DNA of 64,000 bases from Macrostomum hystrix (lineage: Eukaryota > Animalia > Platyhelminthes), in the NCBI GenBank assembly GCA_950097015.1, contig CATNEN010000001.1, positions 15,500,001 to 15,564,000 of the forward strand. Direction: 5' to 3'. The notes beneath the pieces are model-generated. The model did not search any database. It saw nothing but the letters and a program-made list of their open reading frames with translations, and was not told the origin of the DNA. The translations under genes were made by a program, and so were the position numbers. Position 1 is the stretch's first letter, and each line of letters begins with the position of its first letter. Positions 25,076 to 35,400 of the stretch are shown here, piece by piece.

Positions 25076-25312
25076 GAAGTGCGCACTTTTCTAGTTGAAG
25101 CCTGCTACAACCTATTGCAAAACAATTTGTCCTTTTCAACTACTGAAAAGGCAGTTCTATTGAAATCAAAGTCGTTACTGAGAAGAATACCTGTTGAAAG
25201 AAAAAAGGCAAATCTGCTTGAAGAAATTAAAAAAAATTCTCTATATTGCTGAAGCTTGTCAAGAAGAAGAAAGAGGATGAGCCAAATTCTCCGAAATGGT
25301 CCTGATCACCAA
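25076..25312 (+). pseudogene. Relics of two small conserved Maverick ORFs
   Basis: EVRTFLVEACYNLLQNNLSFSTTEKAVLLKSKSLLRRI resembles the E..N.L.GN.L...K..L...K..LR motif that follows the ATPase; then KFSEMVLITK resembles the KMVLV start of the next ORF. Confidence 0.5.
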
Positions 25313-25319
25313 GTCAGAG

Positions 25320-26345
25320 TATGACATGCTGGTACAGAATATTAAGCCAGACAAGTCTACAAGAGACACAGCCATAATACAGGCGCAGTGGAAATGCGAC
25401 AATATATTGTATGCTGAAGACTGTCCTGACTATATGAAGACAGCAGCTTACCACGATGCAATGAAAAGATAGCTGGCCAAGCTGAAGCCAGGGAGACTGA
25501 GGGGAAGAAGCTAAAAGCTGAGATTCCACGGAGGAAGGCTGGGGAGGAACCGGAGAACAAGCGGGCCGCTCCTGGCTCTGGGCGAAAGCTCCGCCAGCTA
25601 AGCGGCACGCGACGTCTGCGGACCCCCATCCGAGAAAGGACATCCACATCGCCGAATCCGGCCCCTGCAATTGCAAACCAGCCCATAGCAACCACAAAAC
25701 AGGCCTGGTCCTGCGTGCGCTCAATGAGGCCCGGGCGCTCAGCGAGCCCGAGTGTTGCAAAAGCTCCCCCCCTCCTAGCCAGCCGCAAAGTGCCGGGACC
25801 CACGGAGCGGCGGCCACCAACTGGTCCAAGGGCCCCCTCTCCGGAAGAAGGCTGCCATCCAAACGGACCCGAACCCTGAGGGCGAGGCATCGAGTGATGG
25901 CAGTGACTGTAACATTGTGGGTGTGTGGGGCATCTGTGTGGAACATCCAGGCCCTCACCATGACCCTCACAGGCCATGGCTGCTACACCAGGCAGTTTCC
26001 TTCAAGGAGTCCTCTGGAGTGAGCTGTGCCCATTCTGCAACCTTGAGAATGAGGATGCCCTGCACTTTGTTTGTCAATGCCCTTTCTTTACCAGGGAGAG
26101 GCTAAACTACCTCAGACCAAACCCATTTGCAGATCCGAGAACATTGCATGCTTGTCTGGTTCCTGAGGGCTACCAGACGAGCATCTTTCTTCACTAGTGA
26201 AATACACGCTGCAGGAAGGACTTGCTGTGGACCTCCTTGACTGGCCCCACGCCATCGGGGATTAGCGGGTCTTTCAGGGATTAGCGGAATGGGCGACTCC
26301 CGCCTCCCTGCTGTGTCCTAAGGACCGCTCTTCAGATAAGTCAAG
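25320..26345 (+). mobile_element. Internally deleted LINE remnant, same group as 1-968
   Basis: ALTMTLTGHGCYTR..FLQG....LCPFCNLENEDALHFVCQCPFFTR parallels the 1-968 element, with the same 3' UTR hairpin and taagtc tail. The GC-rich upstream part is less certain. Confidence 0.7.
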
Positions 26346-27919
26346 GTGCAAACTAAGTCCAAAGTTTTGATAAAGTATTTTGTTAATCTAGTGGACCATA
26401 CTGTGCATACCATCCTAATTAAAGGCACATGTGCTCATGCAAAGTCTAAACTATGAGCCATGTCTGGGACATCTGAAAACCTTTTAAGTCTCATCTCCAA
26501 GAATTCCTGTGGTGACATCAGCATCCTGTTAACACATTTGGTCACTTTTTCTACAGAGTTTTGTATTACTACCCACTGTAGCCTAATCAGCTTTCATGAT
26601 AGTGTTTTAAATTATTGAATACTTCAATGATTTTTTATTACTTGTTTTGACACAGTTTGTCTGTTTAATTGTTAAGAATTGTAAATCTTCAATAACAGTT
26701 GATTTTGAATGAAATATTTTTTATGAATGAAACTACAGTTATGCCAAGTTTGGCATAATCCTAGTTTCACACAAAAAACTATTTTGATGGGAAAAACAAT
26801 GCAGTAAATTAAACCAAGTCAGTCTGTAGAACGTAGCAGTCATAGTTTAACATGAGCTTAAGGCATAATGCTTATATAAATGTCTCATTCAATTACTGAA
26901 ATTACATTGGCAACTTTCAAAAAGTTGCTTGTCTTTGCAGGAAAATATGAAACATAAAAAACACAAAAGAACTCTATAAAACAATGAAATGATACAACAA
27001 AGTATCACAAATAGGGGTTAGATGAAATCTTGATCTCAATCTTGATCATCAAGATCTCAGCACTTTTTTAACATCAATCTTGTTTTGAGATCTTGAAAAA
27101 AAGTTTGAGATTTAATTTTTTTAATTTGGTCTACAGTTTTAACAATTTTGGTTCGATATGCAGGTGACAGACTTCTGGAAGAAACTGTGTAGAAGCACTT
27201 GAGTTTTAGTCTCAGTAGTGGTTATGATTGTTAATGTTAGTCGACAGTCATTTGTTACTATTTTATACTCATATAAACCTAACGAAATGTACTGATCTCG
27301 AGTCTCGAAAATCGAAAAAGTGTTATCATCTTACCCCTAATCACAAGCTACGATAACCATTAGAACACTGTGTATGGGATAGTGGTAGAGAAAAGTATCG
27401 CAATATTGTGATTTGTCTTTGATAACTATCAAGACAGTGGCTTGAAAGTGCAACAAAGCTCATAAGAGCGACGCTACAGTTTTTTATTAAGAAACGTAGC
27501 AAGTGCTACTAGCCAGTGTCTAAATATTAACAACAGATTCTTGTGTTGTCAAAAAATTTAAATATCACATTTATATTTACTTACAAATACTAGTCAAGAC
27601 GTATCGACGATGCGATTACAATATTTATTGTTTTGTGCTGTAGCAGTAATATTTAGCGCTGACTAATAGTCTTTACTTTATGCAATTATAGTAAGATGTA
27701 TTGTATAGGGCTAGTTTTAATAGTTTAATCAATTTCTATTTTGAAAGCAGTTTATAGTTTTAAGTTCGTGCAAAAATTTAACTAATCGTTTAACGAATCG
27801 CTTACAAAGTTTGCCTTCGTAAACTTATTCAGAAGTTGGCTCTACGCATTATTTAACGGAAAATAAATATTTTTTGTTTCTGTAAATAGATCATTTCATC
27901 AAAATTGACGAAAGATTGA

Positions 27920-28920
27920 GATTTGAGATGTAGGACTCGCATTTCACTAGCGACAAGCTGTAAACCCACTTTTTTAAACTCTTTCGCCACAAATTGAAAA
28001 ATACTTTTCTACTATATATATTTCTACTATATACGAGCTAGATGTAAGTCACTAATAATTTCGTCACTAATTGTTTCAAGCAGCGATGTTACTTATAACT
28101 TGGTCTGGTCGTTCAATATAAATCAACTTTTTTATATATTTTAAATCGTCAAACCAAACTGGAAATCGTGGTCACGCTTTGCATCATGGCAACACAATAA
28201 AGTAAAACAAGTGTTATACAAGAATGGAATGTATATTTGGTTTTATAATTAAAATGTGCAGAAATTAACTTGCAATCAAGTTAAATGAAAAATGTACATC
28301 TGATTATTAATCTTCAGTCTTTCCATACTTTAAAAAACAAATTGCGGGGATGAAGCTCGTTATTACCTATATTACAAAATGTTCAGAAATATGATAATAA
28401 AATTTATGCTGGCGAAAAAGTTGATGCAATAAAAATCCAAAAATAAAGCCTCGCTTTTTCATATATTGTAAATGAAAAATGTATATATGAAATTTCACAA
28501 AGCGGCGAAACTATCGACTACTGTTTTGGTCATTGGCGAAAATAAAGTATGATTTGTAGCTAAAATATACACATTTTGCTTGGCACAGATAATTTATCTT
28601 GCAACAGAACTTGATAAAAAACATCTATTAAATGTATATAGTTGTGCTCTACCAGAATTTAAAAAGGCGAAAACTTTCGTATGAATCGCTTATCGTAGGG
28701 GCTTATAAACGGTTCATAAAGCCATATAAGCCGAAGTGATTTTTTGAACGACCAGACCAAGTTATACGAAGTAAAGTAACATCGCTGCTTGAAACAATGA
28801 GTGGCGAATAAGAGTTACCTCTAGATCTAGTAAAAAAGTAGTTTTCATTTGTGGCGAACGAGTTTTAAAAAAGTGGGTTTATAGCTATTCGCTAGTAAAA
28901 CGTGAGTTTTAAACTCAAAA
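27920..28920. mobile_element. MITE / non-autonomous DNA transposon with ~200-bp imperfect TIRs
   Basis: ttgtttcaagcagcgatgttactt..ataacttggtctggtcgttcaa (~28070) is mirrored at ~28745-28800; aaacccacttttttaaactc is mirrored at ~28860. Confidence 0.8.
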
Positions 28921-29290
28921 TGTTATGGGAATAAACAGAAAAAATAACGAGATAAACAAGCAAAGCAAAACTAAAGTAATTTTCCATCGATTTAGGCATT
29001 AGAAATTATGACGAAAAGGAGAACGAAAAAATGGGCAATGCAAAGACGGAGTATTTAAAATTGACAAGCTTGACAAGCAGGCACGTCTAAATAAATTTCA
29101 TAATAATATACAGCTGATTACGAAGGCTGATATATGGCGGCCATTAGGGCGATTTAAAAGTCAATATTATGCAGAATACAAAAAAGTAAACTAATTAATA
29201 ATTAACCACATACATACCAGCAGATAAATTGTTTGTTATAGTTCAGCACATACCGCATCTTTAAAATCGTTTGAGTCGCTCGACTAGTTT

Positions 29291-30264
29291 GGTAACCGGT
29301 CGTTTCGGCCAAAAGCCGTTTCGGCCTCAAACCGTTTCGGCCCCAAACTCACAACGTACTTATTTAAAGCGATATTCTTACGGCTAATTTCTAATTTATT
29401 TAAGAGTTGTTAATTTTTTTTGATAGCGACGATGGAAAGCACGAATTTGAATTTGACTTTTGCGCAGTATAAAAGTAATAAAAGAAGAGGACTTGGTATT
29501 TTGTGTATGAATGTAAAAACGCAATGGCCCAGACACCCGTGCAACAAGGCGACGTAATGCGACCTTACTGCGACGTCACATTGTTGCACGGGACAGTGAC
29601 CTATCGGAAATGGATGGATTTATCCATTAAATGGATGGATTCAGTAAATGGATATTCTAATTGGGGGATGTTAAAAGTAACAAATAACAAAAAATGTTAA
29701 AAGTAAAAGTTAAAAGTTGCCGTTACGAGTATTGCCGATGAGTTCGGCTGCAGAGTCCAAGAAGGCATTTATTGCTATGGAATCGGCTGCCGTGCGATTG
29801 AAATGGTTCCATAATGCCTCCAGCTGCTCTTGGGCGCTTCTGTGAGCCTTTCGCTTAAGCCGAATAGCTTTGCCCTCCGTCAGCAGCCGCGCCGTCAGTG
29901 GAATATGCTTGCACTCCTGACCGATCAGCTGCAACAAGCAGTAGAACGGCAGTGAGCCACGGCGAGCTTTTCGGTTCAGGCGGTTGTGCCAGCCTTCGAC
30001 ATCGTTGTTCGTCCTGAACAGCTGCCTGTAGGTGGACCAGCAGCTCGGTTGAATTCGTGCCATAAGTTGAATTCGTGCCATAAGTTGAATTCGTGCCATA
30101 GCGTCGTTGTTTAGAAAGTTAACAAAACTGAAAAAGTTGTGCCAAAAGAAGTTCCTTGACAAACAAACAATACAATAAAGCCGCTTAATAAGTATGTGGG
30201 CCGAAATGGTTTGAGGCCGAAACGGCTTTTGGCCGAAACTGCGTATGGCCGAAACGACCGGTTA
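29291..30264 (-). mobile_element. Deleted MULE-type DNA transposon with repetitive TIRs and a transposase C-terminal fragment
   Basis: TIRs taaccggtcgtttcggcc and ggccgaaacgaccggtta with internal gtttcggcc repeats; ORF 29710-30162 contains WS.Y....RTNNDVEGWHNRLN. Confidence 0.8.
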
Positions 30265-31484
30265 TTTTGTAATAACTGCGGTTTAGTTGGTCTGGCACAG
30301 TACTAGCTGGCAGGCCAAATCGGACACAAAGGATTGTTAACCAAGGTAGTGTACGCTAAGGACGCCGGGCAAAGTAGGCAGAGAGTGCAACCAATCATGT
30401 CGATATTTGACAGGCCTGGTAATCCGCAAATTTAGGCCCCGATGCGGACTAGGAATTCGTCAAAAGTCCAAAAGCTGCTGGCTTCGGTACTGCTAGCAGG
30501 GTTGGACGATGCCGTTGGTCTGGCAGTCGCTGAATAGGAGGCTTGTGAAGTGGGTGTTGTGCTTCGAATTGCGTAATTTTCGAAGCTGCTCAAACCTAGG
30601 AAGAAATCTACTAGTAAAGATTGATGAAAGCTGCCGTTCTCGCTACGTTTGCAGTGCACTGAGTTTGCTCGGTAAACGTGGAGGTCGCACTGACCTTGAC
30701 GCCTGACCTGCCATGGGAGTTAGTCCATTAAGCACCTGCCTGGCGTTTCTACTCTGATGCCCTGCTCCGCCTAGACTTTCACCGCTGCTGTCTCTGGGGC
30801 CCACAACAACTTCGATCACTGCACATTTACCATTGTCCAGTCAGCTTTTCGATTCGATATATTGCTATAGCTCATAAGAAATCCTGTACTGTTAATTAGA
30901 CAAATAGCTATATTAGGAAAGGATGAAGAAATAAATGCTTACATTTTTTATATTGAATCTATATTCAATAATGACAGCTTAGTAAATGATCGATGTAACA
31001 GTTTTAATTTTGTAACTTAAAATCGCCATCAATGGTTGTGGATTTCGGAAGGTACACAAGTATCGTAACGACTTCTCCATTAGTCAAAAAAGGTACATAA
31101 CTATAAGCAATTAACAAGAACTAGCAACAGTGGACGCCTTATCTTGATCATACGAGAGATGTACGAGTAAAATCATATATAAGCCATTATTTTTAAACTT
31201 TCGTCCGATTAAATGTAAAATAGAAGTTCATCAAACAGTATTATGAAAAGGAAACCAAGTTTCAGTAATGCTTATTATACGAGTATGTAATGCCTTCAGT
31301 TTCAGTATGTAACCAAATTTATCTAATTGGATAATTAAATAATCAATTAAAATGTCAGGTTTTGACATTGTTCAACTGTGTGCTATCAGCGGCTTTAGAG
31401 AATAGAAACATTCGCTTTTCCTATTTGTTTAGGAAATCACACCGACCTTGAAGCAACAATCATTAGCTTCAAGCCAATGATTCT

Positions 31485-31655
31485 CTGGGGCACCATTACG
31501 GTTAGAAGGCATTTTGGGGCTTGTCGTGCAATTCCCACCCATAACTACGAGCCTTCGAGGCAAGTGAGAGAGTGCCTAACGATGAGAAAGTCAGGGAAGG
31601 TGTTCACACCTACACACGTATACGTGAGAGATTGTGCTCAGGAGTAAGCGGATGG
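31485..31655 (+). mobile_element. SINE family A, degenerate fragment
   Basis: ggggcttgtcgtgcaatt...acgatgagaaagtcaggg...tgtgctcaggagt. Confidence 0.65.
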
Positions 31656-32295
31656 AGTGCCAGTGCCCATAGCCCGCCAGCAAAAATTACTGTCATTTCA
31701 GCTCGGAAACACTTTCTACACAAATCTACAAATCTACAAATCTCGTATTTTTTAAAACTAATTACTTCCTGCTACAGTCTATTTCAATCAGTCTATTGAT
31801 TACTGTGCCAATCAATTAGTCAATCAATCAGTGTCACGACAATCACGCTACCACGAATATTACTTAGTATCATTGCACAGTATTGTTGCATTAAAAAATA
31901 GATCGTTACTAAACGCTCTATTCATCGTAAATTCTGCGCTAATTAAAAATTTACACATTCTACCTACGAATGCCCATTCTTAGAAATCTATAGTTTCTTA
32001 TGATTTTGCATTCAAATTCAACTACAGTAGTTTCTGCCTAATTCGTAACTCATATCTTGGACTTAACAACGAGCTAGGTTGTTTATCGTAATCAACTCCA
32101 CATGCCGCGTTTGGAAAGCTTGAAGAGTAAGAATTACGCCCAGCACTAGACTTATTTTTCAATGCTAAAAGCAACAGTTGATTAATCACTATAAACAACA
32201 ACAAAAGAAAAAATATAACAAATCCGATTAGATAAATGGTTGCATAATTTTCTACTATGTGAAGATGCTTTTCACACTTGCGTCTCGACAGTAAT

Positions 32296-32484
32296 TCAGA
32301 GTCCGTCTGACTCCAGGCACAATGGTGCGCGCCTCTCCACCAGGTCCAAAGTATATGAGCTGTTGTCCACGCGCACTCGGTTGCTCAAAGGTTCGGCCTT
32401 CTCAACTGGCTCAGGCTTCTTGTTGGTGCAAAGGTTCACAGCAAGCTTCATCTGGGCCGCGCAGAGCTGCCCGAATGAGTTTTG
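32296..32484 (-). CDS. iGluR exon 15 (C-tail)
   Basis: [19 protein letters not shown]...ESDGL*; phase 0 acceptor cccgcag. Confidence 0.7.
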   Translation of the reverse strand, partial: QNSFGQLCAAQMKLAVNLCTNKKPEPVEKAEPLSNRVRVDNSSYTLDLVERRAPLCLESDGL

Positions 32485-35400
32485 CTGCGGGTTGCATTCG
32501 GGATGATCAGGGGGGTGATTGGTGGAGCGGTTAATGCGTCCAACTCTCCTATGTGATGCCACATTCATTTTGTGGAGACAGCTTCGCAGAGATTACGACT
32601 TAGGGGCTTGTCAGACAATTTTTCACCCTCCAGGGCCAAGTAGAAGGCACAAGTGTACACTCCCTAACAACGAGAAAGTCAGGTGTAAGTGTGAGCAAGT
32701 GCTTGAGACATCTAAGCAATGAACTCAAACCTTGTTCCTGGACGCCAGCTTGCATGAGCGATAAACCAGCTCGCACAGGCAGATGACCATGGCCAGGCCC
32801 AGGCCGAGCAGCAGGGTGACAAACACACCGCCAACCGAGTCGACATCGAGAGTGCCCATGTTCGCTTGGTCCGACGCCGTCTCGCTGCACGGCTTCCCGG
32901 AGATGTTGAACCTTTTCAGCCAGCGGTCAGAGAGGCCCTCGATGAACTGCTCCTTGTGCAGCTGCAAGATCGCCTCGCTCAGCTTGTCCTTCAGAAGATT
33001 GGCTGAAGATTTCGCAAGAGATTTCGCAATGCGTCTATTTCTTGCAAAAACGTCTCTCAGTTCGATTCCGCCTCGACGCCGCATTCATTATTCTGCGCGA
33101 GCCACGCGGGGAGAAGGCTTGTGGCTTGTCGTGCAATTTACGCCCTTGAGGGCCAACCTCCAAGGTGACAGTGTACACTGTCTGACGATGAGAAAGTCAG
33201 GGCAGATGTTCGCACCAGTGTGAGCGTGTGCCTGCGCGTGCTCACATCTGTGTGCGTGTGTGCTCAGGAGTCAGCGAATTGGGCAGAATTGCCTCCTCGC
33301 TGGCTGCATGCAAGAAGCTCATATAAGTAATAATTAATTAATAGGTCCCATAATTACAACTGTCCCAATTAGGTTTGACGTGCAGATGACTGCACAGCCT
33401 CGGCTATTGCAGTTCAGTCTACGGACTGGTGGAATGCACGCCCAACCCAAGTTACCTCAGCTACTGCTGGTACCCAGTTACCTCAGCTACTGCTGGTACC
33501 CAGTTACCTCAGCTACTGCTGGTACCCAGTTACCTCAGCTACTGCTGGTACCCAGTTACCTCAGCTACTGCTGGTACCCAGTTACCTCAGCTACTGCTGG
33601 TACCCAGTTACCTCAGCTACTGCTGGTACCCAGTTACCTCAGCTACTGCTGGTACCCAGTTACCTCAGCTACTGCTGGTACCCAGTTACCTCAGCTACTG
33701 CTGGTACCCAGTTACCTCAGCTACTGCTGGTACCCAGTTACCTCAGCTACTGCTGGTACCCAGTTACCTCAGCTACTGCTGGTGCAATGTGCGCAAGAAA
33801 ATACTCACAGCCCTGCTGAACCGCGAAGGCGTAGCTGCTGGGATTGAAAATACCTCCGATCTGGGTCAGGTTGCAGTCGCGCTCCCTGTAGTACTGGTTG
33901 AATGTTGACTCAATCACGTACGCGTAGCTGCCCTCTCTCACCTTGGCGATGCCATCAACAGTTTTGCGAACAAATGAGTCATTTGTGGCATTCCACATCA
34001 CCATGGACTCCCACATGCGACGGTAGACGGGGATTTTCGAGTTCTGTAGATGAGAGTCATTGCGGATGTAATTATATTTTAAGATTTTTTTTACTCCACA
34101 GGCTATACAGAAGTAACAGCCTGTTAGTCAGGAGTTTTACTCTGTTAGATGGGATTTGACAAATTCTAGACAGCATTTAACATCTGTTAGGCAGTAGTTA
34201 ACAGCTTTTAGACAGGAGTTGAAATCTATTAGACAGGAGTTGCAACCTGTTAGACAGGAGTTGCAACCTGTTAGACAGGAGTTGCAACCTGTTAGACAGG
34301 AGTTGCAACCTGTTAGACAGGAGTTGCAACCTGTTAGACAGGAGTTGCAACCTGTTAGACAGGAGTTGCAACCTGTTAGACAGGAGTTGCAACCTGTTAG
34401 ACAGGAGTTGCAACCTGTTAGACAGGAGTTGCAACCTGTTAGACAGGAGTTGCAACCTGTTAGACAGGAGTTGCAACCTGTTAGACAGGAGTTGCAATCT
34501 GTTAGACAGGAGTTGCAACCTGTTAGACTGTGGCATTTGGAAGTAGTGAAAGCCCTTGAGCAGCGCAGCCGCACCTTGAAGAAGTTGAACATCGCGCCTC
34601 CGGTAGCGCAGCCGTACTTGATCTTATTCTGACCAGCCAGTGCGTCCAAGCTGTCCACGGCATTCAGCCGGGTGACCGTCAGGAAGGCTGCCAGGTTAGC
34701 AGTGTAGGAGCTGATGAGGATGAGGGTGAAGAACCACCAGACTGTGCCAACCATGCGGGTCGACGATGCTCTCGGCGCCAAGTCGGAGCCTTTTTTGGTT
34801 ATTTAACAATTCAAATACACATTTTCATGTTACTACTGCAAGTAGCATATCGAATTTTATAATTAGCTCATATAGACATTCAGTTCAAACTGCCAACGCT
34901 TGTATTCATAAGGGGACATTGTCAGGTTATTTTATTTATTTCATTTTGAGTGTTAAGCATGGTACAGGAGCTTTGGCTAAGGAAGCTGTATAATTATACA
35001 AGTAGTAAAAACTACGGCACGATGTTCCTTCTAAGGACAAGCAACTATACTTGTGGTTCTTTGTTTTTCTTTTTCTTCTGCCCATTCCGCTGAACTGTGT
35101 GGCGCTCACACAAACAACAGCATAAAGACATCTGTAATTTCACATATCTACTTCACGATCGTTCCAAAACTGAATGATTGACTGATATTCGTGAAGTGTC
35201 ACCATATGAATCATGGATCAACATATTCCACCATTTACGATGAACTAACTTTCAAAACCGTCCGACGTCAGCATCGTCAAGATTTTCAGCGATTCTTGTT
35301 GAAGACGCTGGTGACAAGCACGGTATGGTAAATCCACATTTGTTCTATAATATGCTCGTAGAAATTAACACTCAGAACAACACGATAACAATGATAGCCA

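Larger units (their letters stand above)
22980..25310 (+). mobile_element. Decayed, internally deleted Maverick/Polinton (adintovirus-like) remnant
   Basis: Colinear relics of a basic core-like protein, major capsid protein, packaging ATPase and two small conserved ORFs (see sub-features). Confidence 0.8.

Noticed and set aside
30640-30840. Alternative iGluR terminal exon (GC-rich open frame on the minus strand)
   Set aside because: No convincing matching donor/acceptor pair or homology; needs transcript evidence.
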